64,000 nt of DNA from Propionibacteriales bacterium (GTDB lineage Bacteria; Actinomycetota; Actinomycetes; Propionibacteriales; Nocardioidaceae): assembly GCA_038198965.1 (NCBI GenBank), contig JBBPZH010000018.1, positions 6,209-70,208 on the forward strand, read 5' to 3'. Under the pieces are notes generated by a model. It searched no databases. It was not told the DNA's origin and was given only the letters and a program-made list of their open reading frames with translations. Shown here piece by piece: positions 50,701 to 60,504 of this stretch (positions are counted from its first letter, which is position 1; the number at the start of each line of letters is the position of its first letter). A program made the position numbers and the translations under genes.

Positions 50701-52621
50701 CACCCAATCACAAGACTTCACGTGCGTCGGCATCGGCGACATGAGTGGCGATGTCTTCGGCAATGGCATGCTGCTGAGCAAGCACATCAGGTTGGTCGCG
50801 GCGTTCGACCACCGGCACATCTTCCTCGATCCCACCCCGAACGCTGCGGCGTCGTACGCCGAGCGCCGGCGCCTCTTCGAACTGCCCCGATCGAGCTGGG
50901 CAGACTACGACCCGGCTCTCATCTCGGCGGGTGGCGGTGTCTTCTCGCGCCAGGTCAAGTCGATTCCGGTGACAGCCGAGGTCGTCGACGCCCTCGGACT
51001 GGAGTCCGGTACGACGAAGCTGCCCCCGGCCGAGCTCATGCGCGCGATCTTGCTGGCGCCGGTCGACCTGCTCTGGAACGGCGGAATCGGAACCTACGTC
51101 AAGTCGTCAGCCGAGACATCGGCCGATGTGGGCGACCGAGCCAACGACGCCATCAGGGTCGACGGTGACCAGCTGCGGTGCCAAGTGGTCGGCGAGGGCG
51201 GCAATCTTGGGTTGACCCAGCGTGGGCGGGTGGAGTTCGCTCTCGGGGGAGGACGCATCTGCACCGACTTCATCGACAACTCCGCTGGGGTTGACACCTC
51301 CGATCACGAGGTGAACATCAAGATCCTCCTCGACCGGGTGGTCCAGTCCGGCGACCTCACGGTCAAGCAGCGCAACGAGCTGCTCGCGTCGATGACCGAC
51401 GAGGTAGCAGCGCTGGTGCTCGCCGACAACTATGGTCAGAACCTCGCGCTCGCCAGCGCCGCTCGCGTCGCCCCAGGGCTCATTCACGTGCACGGGGAGT
51501 GGGTACGCCGGCTCGAGAAACGCGGACTGCTCGATCGACAGCTGGAGTTCATTCCGTCGGTGAAGGAGTTCGAGACCAGGCGAGCCGCAGGTGTGGCGCT
51601 CGCCGAGCCTGAGCTCGCGGTTTTGCTGGCCTACACCAAGATCGTGTTGGCCGCCGAGCTGCTCAACTCCGGGCTGCCTGACGACCCGTTCCTCCGCACC
51701 AAGCTTTTCGGTTACTTCCCGTCGAAAATGCGCCAGCAGTTCCGCGGCCAGATGCAAGCTCATCCGCTGCGGCGAGAGATCATCGTGACGAAGGTGGTCA
51801 ACGACCTCGTCAACTTCGCGGGCATCACGTTCTTTCACCGGCTGAGCCAGGAGACCGGCGCCAACGCGGAGGAGCTTGCCCGAGCTCAACTGGTGTGCCG
51901 GGAGATCTACGCCGCCGATCTGCTGCTGCAGCAGATCAACTGCCTCGACAACGCCGTCGACGCCGCTGTCCAAACCGAGCTGCGGCTGGCCGTGCGAACG
52001 CTGATCGAGCGGGCAAGCCGTTGGATGATCAACAACCGTCGTCCGCTCGACTCAGAGGCAACCGTCGACCACTTCGGCACCGATCTGCAGCAGCTGGTCA
52101 AGGCACTGCCCGACGTTCTGATCGGTGTTCAGGCAGCTGAGTTCGCTCGACGCCGCGACGAGTTGACGGCTGTCGACGTACCGGTCGACCTGGCCACTGC
52201 GATCGCGGTCCTGCCGCCGGCCTATGCAGCGCTTGAGGTGGTGGAGATAGCGCGCCGCGACGGCGTCGACGCGCTGGAGGTTGCCCGGGTGCACGCGACA
52301 CTGGCGGAGCGGCTCCGTCTCAGCGCGCTCACCGGGCGCATTGCGGCATTGCCCCGCGACGACAGGTGGCAGACCATGGCGCGCGCCGCCCTTCGCGACG
52401 ACCTGTACGCCGTCCACGCCGCGCTGACCGCGCAGGTGCTTTCCAGCACTGATCCGGGGCTCAGCGCCGCGAAGCGGGTCGCAGCGTGGGAGCACCATGA
52501 CGCCGCCGTAGTCAACCGGGCGGCCGAGACCCTCGCCGAGATCACGTCCGACGACGCAAGTGACCTGGCTCGTATGTCGGTGGGACTGGGCATCGTCCGC
52601 ACGCTGCTCTCGGCGGCCTAG
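47726..52621 (+). CDS. gdh: NAD-specific glutamate dehydrogenase, large (about 180 kDa) form
   Basis: About 1630 aa with the characteristic [38 protein letters not shown] and [12 protein letters not shown] motifs. The Met at 47726 is preferred over the ORF-track 47630. Confidence 0.92.
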   Translation: [1631 protein letters not shown]

Positions 52622-53218
52622 CCGCTTGCGTTCCAGCTTGGGTCTCGACCCGACAGGCCAAGCAACCTGTCGAGTGGAGGTGCGTCGTCGGGTACGTCGA
52701 CCCGGGGAGCGAACGCCTTCCCTTCTCCCTGGAAGTCGTCGGTCAGCATGCCGGGGGCGAAGTCCAGCGACTGTTCGAGCCCTTCGGCCGGAGGCGACCA
52801 GTCCTGTCCCGTTGCCCGCGCCAGATCCCAGCCGTGCACCTGGTACTCCCACAACATCATGCTCAGCGACATGGCGCCGGGCATCTCCGATTCGCCCAAC
52901 CGCAGCGGACGCTCCCCGGCACCCTTGCGAATCGCCTCGTCGAGCGTGCGGGCAGCGCGGATCACCTCACCGGCAGGGTTGTCAGGTGTCGAGTAGTCGT
53001 CGACAGAGTCTGCGGGTGCGTTTCCGTTCGGGTCGGCGAACCCCGCAGCGAAGTTGTCCAACCAGCCGAGCATTGTGGTTGCGCAGGTGCTCGACGTCGT
53101 AGTCCGGGCATGGGGTCGGATCGTTCAACTGGTCACCGCGAACCCGCCCCGCAACGCGGGAGAAGTCTGAGAGCACGGTCTGCAGTTGCTCGTTGGTCTC
53201 GTGCGGAGAGGCAGTCAT
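52618..53218 (-). pseudogene. TIGR03086/DinB-like mycothiol-dependent-enzyme family gene, frameshifted
   Basis: The N-terminus (53218-52982: ...DQLNDPTPCPDYDVEHLRNH) and the remainder (53073-52618: MLGWLDNFAAGF...WEYQVHGWDLARATG) lie in frames offset by 1 nt and join near 53070-53085. Confidence 0.6.
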
Positions 53219-53319
53219 GGTCAGACGCTAATGCACGTCTACTCCCTGCGTCCGAGGCTCTCCACGCTTGCCCGCTGAGGCGTCGCATGATCCGTGTGGC
53301 CAACGGGTACCCCCCTAGC

Positions 53320-53592
53320 ATGACACCTGCTTCGAACGAGCAAACCGGCGTGCCGGCTGAGGAGGGCATCGAGGCCGCCGATATGGCCGGCGATCTCGGT
53401 CGAGACCCAGAGCGTGTCCCAAACGCTCCCAACCGGGACCCAGCGGTTCCCCCGGACAACGCCGATGTTGGTGCTGGAGACGACCCAGACACCGCCGAAG
53501 GGTTCGAGTCCTTCGATGGCGATGGCGATGGCGACTGGACGACGCTTTCGACCGGCGGTGTAGGACCGGAGGCACCCATCCGGGAGCAGTAG
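53320..53592 (+). CDS. small acidic hypothetical protein
   Basis: MTPASNEQTGVPAEEGIEAADMAGDLGRDPE...FDGDGDGDW. No SD and no family recognised. Called only from codon bias. Confidence 0.3.
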   Translation: MTPASNEQTGVPAEEGIEAADMAGDLGRDPERVPNAPNRDPAVPPDNADVGAGDDPDTAEGFESFDGDGDGDWTTLSTGGVGPEAPIREQ

Positions 53593-53644
53593 GGCTCGCT
53601 TGGGGACTTCGGGAGGCGGACGGGCCCGACTGCCGTCGTAGTGT

Positions 53645-54754
53645 GTGGGCGTGGCTGGCCCTGACTTTTCCGAGCGCATCAAGACGCTCGACTCCACGCT
53701 CAGCAGCATCGAGGGCGTCCTCGACCTCGATGCGATGCGGGCCGAGATCGCCCGCCTCGGCAGTGAGGTCGTAGCTCCCGACCTGTGGGACGATCAAGCT
53801 CGCGCTCAGCGGGTCACTGGCCGGCTGTCCGCGCTCCAGTCGGAGGTAGAGCGCGTGACGAGCCTGCGCAGCCGACTCGACGATGTCGCCGTGCTCGTCG
53901 AGCTCGCGGGCGAGGAGGACGATTCAGCGTCGTTCGCCGAGGCTGATGCCGAGCTCGACAAGCTGGCCAAGAGCATCGAGGCGCTCGAGGTCCGCACGCT
54001 GCTCTCCGGAGAGTACGACGAGCGCGAGGCCCTGGTCACCATCCGGTCCGGCGCAGGCGGGGTGGACGCCGCTGACTGGGCCGAGATGCTCATGCGGATG
54101 TACCTGCGGTGGGCGGAGCGGCACAAGTACCCAACCGAGGTCTATGAAACCTCCTACGCCGAGGAGGCGGGCATCAAGTCAGCCACCTTTGCGGTGCAGG
54201 TGCCGTACGCCTACGGCACCCTGGGCGTTGAGCAGGGCACCCATCGGCTGGTGCGCATCTCACCGTTCGACAACCAGGGTCGCCGCCAGACTTCGTTCGC
54301 CGCCGTCGAAGTGGTGCCGCTGTTGGAGCAGACAGACGAGATAGACATTTCCGAGGAGGAGCTTCGGGTCGACGTGTTCAGGTCGTCAGGGCCTGGCGGG
54401 CAGAGCGTCAACACCACAGACTCCGCCGTACGGCTCACCCACATGCCCACCGGCACGGTGGTGGCCGTCCAGAACGAGAAGAGCCAGCTGCAGAACAAGA
54501 ACACCGCGATGGTGATCCTCAAGGCGAAGCTGCTCGCGATGAAGCGAGCGGAGGAGAAGGCGGCGCTCGACGAGATGCGCGGTGATGTGGCCGCATCGTG
54601 GGGGGACCAGATGCGCAGCTACGTCCTCCATCCGTACCAGATGGTCAAGGACCTGCGGACGGAATATGAAGAGGCGAACCCGGCAAACGTCCTCGATGGC
54701 GACATCGACGGCTTCATCGAAGCAGGCATCCGCTGGCGAAGATCGGCACACTGA
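53645..54754 (+). CDS. prfB: peptide chain release factor 2
   Basis: SPF-type tripeptide region, GGQ motif ([24 protein letters not shown]). It is a single uninterrupted ORF with no +1 frameshift site. Confidence 0.93.
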   Translation: MGVAGPDFSERIKTLDSTLSSIEGVLDLDAMRAEIARLGSEVVAPDLWDDQARAQRVTGRLSALQSEVERVTSLRSRLDDVAVLVELAGEEDDSASFAEADAELDKLAKSIEALEVRTLLSGEYDEREALVTIRSGAGGVDAADWAEMLMRMYLRWAERHKYPTEVYETSYAEEAGIKSATFAVQVPYAYGTLGVEQGTHRLVRISPFDNQGRRQTSFAAVEVVPLLEQTDEIDISEEELRVDVFRSSGPGGQSVNTTDSAVRLTHMPTGTVVAVQNEKSQLQNKNTAMVILKAKLLAMKRAEEKAALDEMRGDVAASWGDQMRSYVLHPYQMVKDLRTEYEEANPANVLDGDIDGFIEAGIRWRRSAH

Positions 54755-54759
54755 GAGCC

Positions 54760-55266
54760 ATGAACCCCTTTTCAAATTCCGATCTGTCACCGGAGAAGTT
54801 GCGCGCGATCTACCTCCAGGACCATCTGACGGCTGCCATCGGCGGCGTCGAGCTGTTCCGGCGGGCGGCCAAGTCGCAGCTTGACCCGCAGCGTCAACGA
54901 GATCTCCAGCGACTTGCCGCCGAAGTTGCCGAGGATCGAGACGCGTTGAGCGCGATCATGCAGCGGCTGGGGGTCAGTCGCCCTCCGCACCGGCTCGCGG
55001 CCGGGTGGCTGGGCGAGAAGGCCGGTCGCCTCAAGTTCAACGGCACCCTGCTTCGCCGCTCGCCGCTCAGTGACGTCATCGAGCTGGAGGCGATGCGCGC
55101 CGGAGTGGCGGGCAAGACCGATCTCTGGCGGTCGCTCCAACGCCTGAGCAGCAATGACAAGCGTTTGCAGGTCACCGACTTCGACGCTTTGCTGACTCGT
55201 GCAAGCACGCAGTACGACGAGCTGGGCCGGCTGCACTCCGAGGCTGTCGAAGCGATGCATGGCTGA
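54760..55266 (+). CDS. hypothetical protein
   Basis: 168-aa helical-looking ORF with good codon periodicity. No family recognised. Confidence 0.5.
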   Translation: MNPFSNSDLSPEKLRAIYLQDHLTAAIGGVELFRRAAKSQLDPQRQRDLQRLAAEVAEDRDALSAIMQRLGVSRPPHRLAAGWLGEKAGRLKFNGTLLRRSPLSDVIELEAMRAGVAGKTDLWRSLQRLSSNDKRLQVTDFDALLTRASTQYDELGRLHSEAVEAMHG

Positions 55267-55272
55267 GGTCAG

Positions 55273-56175
55273 ATGCACGACGTAATCGTTGCGCAGGGGC
55301 TACGCAAGAGCTACGGCACTGTGGTCGCTGTGGACGGCGTCGACTTCGCGGTTCAAGCTGGTGAGTTTTTCGGCATCCTCGGCCCCAACGGTGCGGGCAA
55401 GACCACCATCTTGGAGATCGTCGAAGGGCTGCGACCGGCCGACGGCGGGTCGGTCACCCTGCTCGGCCAGTCCCCATGGCCGCGCAACGCGGCGCTGCTG
55501 CCGCGCATCGGTGTGCAGCTGCAGGCGTCGGCATTCTTCGACCGGCTGACCGCGCGCGAGCAGATCCGCACCTTCGGGTCGCTGTACGGCGTCTCCGCAG
55601 CCACTAGCGATGAGTGGCTCGACCGCGTCGGCCTGACCGAAAAGGCTGCCACCCGCACACAGAAGCTCTCGGGCGGGCAGCTGCAGCGCCTCTCGATCGC
55701 GTGCGCCCTCGTGCACGAGCCTGAGGTGGTGTTTCTCGACGAGCCCACCGCCGCACTCGACCCGCAGGCCCGGCGAAACCTGTGGGATCTGTTGAGCTCG
55801 ATCAACGACCACGGCCGCACCGTGGTGCTCACCACCCACTACATGGACGAGGCGGAGGCGTTGTGCGACCGGGTGGCGATCATGGACCGCGGCAGCATCC
55901 TGCAGCTGGCGGCACCGGCGTCGTTGATCAGGGACCTGCACGCCGGCGTCCGGATCAGTCTGGACCCGGTGGCGTTGGGACCGCAGGAGGCGGCACTGCT
56001 CCCCGGAGTCGAAAGCGTGGAGCAGCAACCCGCGGCACTGGTGTTGGCGACCCACGACCCGTCAACGGTCCTAGCCGAGCTGGCCCGACGGCAGGCGCTG
56101 GAGGGCCTTCGGGTCAAGAGCGCCACGCTGGAGGACGTGTTCTTGACGCTCACTGGACGGGAATACCGAGCATGA
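55273..56175 (+). CDS. ABC transporter ATP-binding protein (DrrA/ABC-2 exporter type)
   Basis: GPNGAGKTT, LSGGQLQRLSIA, VVFLDEPTAALDP. Confidence 0.9.
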   Translation: MHDVIVAQGLRKSYGTVVAVDGVDFAVQAGEFFGILGPNGAGKTTILEIVEGLRPADGGSVTLLGQSPWPRNAALLPRIGVQLQASAFFDRLTAREQIRTFGSLYGVSAATSDEWLDRVGLTEKAATRTQKLSGGQLQRLSIACALVHEPEVVFLDEPTAALDPQARRNLWDLLSSINDHGRTVVLTTHYMDEAEALCDRVAIMDRGSILQLAAPASLIRDLHAGVRISLDPVALGPQEAALLPGVESVEQQPAALVLATHDPSTVLAELARRQALEGLRVKSATLEDVFLTLTGREYRA

Positions 56176-57233
56176 CGGCGTTCCTCAGCCTGGCCGCGGC
56201 CATCCTCAAGGGTTTCCTGCGCGACCGGCAGGCGGTGTTCTTCTCGGTCTTCTTCCCGCTGATGTTCCTGGTGCTGTTCGGCGGCATCTTCTCCAACCAG
56301 GGCCAGAGCAAGATCGACATCGTCGAGGTCGGCAAGGTGTCGCTGATCGACTCGCTGCCCAAGGGCGCACAGTCGGCGTTCGACGACGCGTTCTCCGTCA
56401 CCAAGTCCGCCAACCTCGACTCGGCGTTGCAGCAGGTGCGAGACGGCAACACCTCACTTGCGGTTGAACAGCAAGGCAACCGGATCGTCGTGCACTACAG
56501 CGACGCCGACAGAGTGCGGTCAGCGACGGCACAAGGCACCCTGCAGGCCTGTGTCCAGTCGGCGAACGTGGCCGCGAGTGGCAATCCTGCGACGTACAGC
56601 TATGCCGCCCATCGGGTAGAGGACAAGTCGCTGAACACCATCCAGTTCGTCACACCTGGGCTGCTCGGGTGGGCGATCGCGACCAGCGCGACGTTCGGCG
56701 CGGCCGCGACGCTGACCGGGTGGCGCAGCACCAAGCTGTTACGCCGGCTACGGCTGGCCCCGGTGTCGACGCGTTCGGTGGTCGGGGCACGGATCGGGGT
56801 CACCGTGGTCATCACACTCGTGCAGATGGCGATCTTCCTGGGGCTCGGCGTCGCGTTGTTCGGGCTACGGCTGTCGGGAATGTGGTGGCTGGCGGTGCCG
56901 CTGCTGGTGTGCGGAACGCTGTCATTCATGGCGCTCGGGCTGCTCGCCGGGTCGCTGGCAAAGACCGTCGAAGGGGCTAGCTCGCTCGCGAACATCTTCG
57001 TGCTCCCCATGGCGTTCCTGTCGGGGTCGTTCTTCCCTCTCGACAACGCACCGAAATGGCTCGACGTGGTCTCGCACCTGTTACCCCTTCGCCACCTCAA
57101 CGACGGAATGCTCGACGTCATGGTGCGCGGCAAGGGTGTTGGTGCGATCTGGATGCCGATGCTCACTCTGCTCGGGTTCGCGGCAGTGATCCTGCTGATT
57201 GCCAGCCGGTTCTTCAACTGGGAGAGCGACTAG
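56172..57233 (+). CDS. ABC-2 family transporter permease
   Basis: The ATG at 56172 overlaps the ATPase stop (ATGA). N-terminal TM helix, an extracytoplasmic loop of about 130 aa, then five TM helices. Confidence 0.8.
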   Translation: MTAFLSLAAAILKGFLRDRQAVFFSVFFPLMFLVLFGGIFSNQGQSKIDIVEVGKVSLIDSLPKGAQSAFDDAFSVTKSANLDSALQQVRDGNTSLAVEQQGNRIVVHYSDADRVRSATAQGTLQACVQSANVAASGNPATYSYAAHRVEDKSLNTIQFVTPGLLGWAIATSATFGAAATLTGWRSTKLLRRLRLAPVSTRSVVGARIGVTVVITLVQMAIFLGLGVALFGLRLSGMWWLAVPLLVCGTLSFMALGLLAGSLAKTVEGASSLANIFVLPMAFLSGSFFPLDNAPKWLDVVSHLLPLRHLNDGMLDVMVRGKGVGAIWMPMLTLLGFAAVILLIASRFFNWESD

Positions 57234-57342
57234 CCGCGCCGACTGCGAGGCCCGCGACCCGCAGGACAGTCCGGCGTACGGACTCACGGCGTGACCTGCC
57301 AGGTTCCAAGTGAGGCGGCGGCCGTCACCTAAACTCGGGCCA

Positions 57343-58032
57343 GTGATCCGGTTCGACAAGGTGACGAAGTCGTACGGCGAGACGGCTCGCCCGGCGCTCG
57401 ACACCGTCGACGTCGAGATCGACAAGGGCGAGTTCGTGTTCCTGGTCGGTGCCTCGGGTTCGGGCAAGTCGACGTTCCTGCGGCTGGTGCTCCGTGAGGC
57501 CCGACCGTCCGCCGGCCGCGTCTACGTCGCCGGCAAGGAGATCAACCGCCTCGCCGGTTGGAAGGTGCCTGGCCTCCGCCGCCAGATCGGGACCGTCTTC
57601 CAAGACTTCCGCCTGCTGCCCAACAAGACGGTCACCCAGAACGTCGCCTTCGCCTTGCAGGTCATCGGCAAACCCAAGAGCGCCATCGACGCCCTGGTGC
57701 CGCAGACGCTGCAGCTGGTCGGACTCGATGGCAAAGGCCATCGCATGCCGGACGAGCTGTCAGGCGGTGAGCAACAGCGGGTCGCGATCGCGCGGGCTTT
57801 CGTCAACCGGCCGATGATCCTGATCGCCGACGAACCGACCGGAAACCTCGACCCCGCCACGTCGGTGGGCATCATGAAGCTGCTCGACCGCATCAACCGC
57901 ACCGGCACGACGGTGATCATGGCGACGCACGACTCCGGGGTCGTCGACCAGATGCGCAAGCGGGTGATCGAGCTGCAGTCCGGCCGGGTCGTGCGCGACC
58001 AGGCTCGCGGGCTCTACGGCTACCAGGGCTGA
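57343..58032 (+). CDS. ftsE: cell-division ATP-binding protein FtsE
   Basis: [11 protein letters not shown]...[14 protein letters not shown]...[14 protein letters not shown]...[12 protein letters not shown]. Followed by ftsX. Confidence 0.92.
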   Translation: MIRFDKVTKSYGETARPALDTVDVEIDKGEFVFLVGASGSGKSTFLRLVLREARPSAGRVYVAGKEINRLAGWKVPGLRRQIGTVFQDFRLLPNKTVTQNVAFALQVIGKPKSAIDALVPQTLQLVGLDGKGHRMPDELSGGEQQRVAIARAFVNRPMILIADEPTGNLDPATSVGIMKLLDRINRTGTTVIMATHDSGVVDQMRKRVIELQSGRVVRDQARGLYGYQG

Positions 58033-58053
58033 CGGATCGGACGCCACCAACCC

Positions 58054-58971
58054 ATGCAACTGCGATACGTCACCACTGAGCTGGCGCTCGGCCTCAAACG
58101 CAACGTCTCGATGACGATCGCGGTCATCTTGACCATCTGGCTGTCGCTGACGCTCGTGGGCCTTGGCTTGTTGATCCGCTCTCAGGTGGGTGAGATCGAG
58201 CAGTTCCTCGGCAGTCAGCTCGAGCTCAAGATCGTCTTCTGCGCGAAGAACAGCCAGACACCGACGTGTGTGCAGGGCCAGGCCACCAAGCAACAGGAGA
58301 CCGCGGTCCAACAGCAGCTCGCCCGCAGCGGGTACGTCGCCTCCTACCGCTACGAGACGCGGGAGTCGGCGTACCGCGGCTTCTTGGCCACGCACACCGA
58401 TCGGGCCGGCAATCCCGACGCGATCGCCAGCGAGCTCAAGCTGTCCGACATGTCGACCGCCTACTGGGCGACGCTCGCTCATCCGAACGACAACGTCGCA
58501 CTGGTCCGCCAGGTGAAGAACCTGCCCGGGGTCGAGCAGGTCGTCGATCTGCGCAAGGAGCTGGACCCGGTCTACCGAACGCTCAATGTGCTCAAGTGGT
58601 TGGCGCTCGGTGGCGCGGCGCTGCTCGTGTTGGCCGCAGTCCTTCAGGTGTCGAACACAATCCGGCTCGCGGCCATGGCCCGGCGCCGAGAGATCGGCAT
58701 CATGCGACTCGTCGGTGCCTCCAGCCTCTACATCCAGCTGCCGTTCCTGCTCGAAGTGGTCTTCTCCGCGTTGATCGGGGCAGCACTGGCCTGCGGGTCG
58801 GTGGTGGCTGTCATGGAGATCTTCGTGCCGTGGCTTCGCGAGCACCTGCAGATCTGGCCGTGGATCGACTGGGGAGCGGCGGTCTTCGCCATGGGAGTCA
58901 TCGTCGGGATCGCGCTCTTGCTCGCGGTCATTCCGACGCTCCTCATGACACGGAAATACCTCAAAGTCTGA
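58054..58971 (+). CDS. ftsX: cell-division permease-like protein FtsX
   Basis: MQLRYVTTELALGLKRN..., a large extracellular loop, and three C-terminal TM helices with RREIGIMRLVGAS. Confidence 0.9.
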   Translation: MQLRYVTTELALGLKRNVSMTIAVILTIWLSLTLVGLGLLIRSQVGEIEQFLGSQLELKIVFCAKNSQTPTCVQGQATKQQETAVQQQLARSGYVASYRYETRESAYRGFLATHTDRAGNPDAIASELKLSDMSTAYWATLAHPNDNVALVRQVKNLPGVEQVVDLRKELDPVYRTLNVLKWLALGGAALLVLAAVLQVSNTIRLAAMARRREIGIMRLVGASSLYIQLPFLLEVVFSALIGAALACGSVVAVMEIFVPWLREHLQIWPWIDWGAAVFAMGVIVGIALLLAVIPTLLMTRKYLKV

Positions 58972-59031
58972 CGGGGGCGGGTTACGGTCGAAGCGCTTCC
59001 GCGCACCCGACCCAGACACGAGGCCTCGCCA

Positions 59032-60354
59032 GTGTTCCGCACGCACTCTCTCGGCCGCCCGCCGCGGGCTCGACTGAGCGTTACGGTGGCGCTGACAGCG
59101 TCGCTGCTGGCCGCGGCGACCACCAACCCGGCACCCAGCGTGGCGTCCGACCACCACTCGCACCTGCACCACCGCAAGCAGCAAGTGCAGCACTCGATCA
59201 GCGCCTCGCAGTCCAACGTCGACCAGGTGTCAGGGCAGCTGTTGCAGACCAAGGCTCGGCTGGTCAGCGCACGCGGGAGCCTGCAGAGCGCTCGGTCCCA
59301 CCTGGCCGGGGTGCGGGTCCAGGTTGCTGACGCGATCGCGATCGACCAACGCATGCAGGCCCGGCTCGACAGCGCCATCGCCCGCCTGCAGTCCGCTCGC
59401 GACGATCTGCAGCGGGGTCGGCACGAGGTCGCCGCCTCGCGGGCCGAACTGGCGTCGTACGCCGTCTCGAACTACCAGTCAGGTGGCAACCTCGGGCTCG
59501 GCATCGCATTCGAGTCGAACTCGGCGCAGCAGGCGCTGAACAACCTGCAGGCCACGGCCACAGTGCTCAACAAGCAGTCGACTGCATTGCAGCGGTTCCA
59601 GGCCACCAAGGTGCTGTTGACGCTGACGGCGAAGCGCGTGCACCAGAGCCAGGTCGCGGTCGCGAAACAACGTGACCTGTCGGCACAGCACCTCGTTGCG
59701 GAGCGGAGCCTGCAGGCACAGGCGCAAGCGGCCGAGCAGGCCGTCGCTGGACGCGTCGCCGAGCTACGCACTGCACGCCAAGACATGGCGGCCGCCAAGC
59801 AGGCCGAGCTGCACCGGCTGAATGTCTTGAAGAACGAGCGGGACCGAATCGACTCCAGGCTGAAAGTCATCGCCGAACGTCGGGCGCGAAGGCATGCCCG
59901 GCAGCTCGCCCAGCAGCGGGCGGCGGCCAAGGCCGGCGCTGCCACACCGCCCGACACCGGTTATCTCAGTTATCCGGTGCACAACACCTACGTCACCTCG
60001 CCCTACGGCATGCGCATGCACCCGATCCTGCACATCCTCGAGCTGCACGACGGCACCGACTTGCACGCGGCGTGCGGTACGCCGGTGTACGCCGCTGCCA
60101 GCGGCAAGGTGCTGACCGAGGACTTCAACGTGGGGTACGGCAACCGGCTGCTCCTCGACAACGGCTTCGTGCGCGGTGTCAGCCTCTCGACGTCGTACAA
60201 CCATCTGTCGAGATACGTTGCCCAGGTGGGGGAGCGGGTCTCGCGCGGGCAGCTGATCGCTTACTCGGGTGACACCGGCTGGAGCACGGCTTGCCATCTG
60301 CACTTCATGGTCTACGTCAACGGCGCCACCGTCGACCCGATGACCTGGTTGTAG
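59032..60354 (+). CDS. secreted coiled-coil M23 (LytM-type) peptidoglycan metalloendopeptidase
   Basis: Signal peptide, a coiled coil of about 270 aa, and a C-terminal M23 domain with intact HDGTD (HxxxD) and CHLHF (HxH) metal ligands. Confidence 0.85.
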   Translation: MFRTHSLGRPPRARLSVTVALTASLLAAATTNPAPSVASDHHSHLHHRKQQVQHSISASQSNVDQVSGQLLQTKARLVSARGSLQSARSHLAGVRVQVADAIAIDQRMQARLDSAIARLQSARDDLQRGRHEVAASRAELASYAVSNYQSGGNLGLGIAFESNSAQQALNNLQATATVLNKQSTALQRFQATKVLLTLTAKRVHQSQVAVAKQRDLSAQHLVAERSLQAQAQAAEQAVAGRVAELRTARQDMAAAKQAELHRLNVLKNERDRIDSRLKVIAERRARRHARQLAQQRAAAKAGAATPPDTGYLSYPVHNTYVTSPYGMRMHPILHILELHDGTDLHAACGTPVYAAASGKVLTEDFNVGYGNRLLLDNGFVRGVSLSTSYNHLSRYVAQVGERVSRGQLIAYSGDTGWSTACHLHFMVYVNGATVDPMTWL

Positions 60355-60504
60355 GCACTGGGCGATCGCACGCCAGACAAGTCCCGAGGCCGTCGCCGTG
60401 GCAGGCAGGGGGCTCTCAGACCTATCGTTTCGCTCCTCCTACACGGTCCTTCGAGTCCCACCCAGCCACTCCCTTGGACCTGCACCGGGTCGGCTTGGGA
60501 GACA

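Noticed and set aside
53645-53760. Programmed +1 frameshift site in prfB (CUU UGA C type).
   Set aside because: prfB is one continuous ORF from its start, with no in-frame early UGA. The gene is apparently not autoregulated by frameshifting here, as is common in Actinobacteria.
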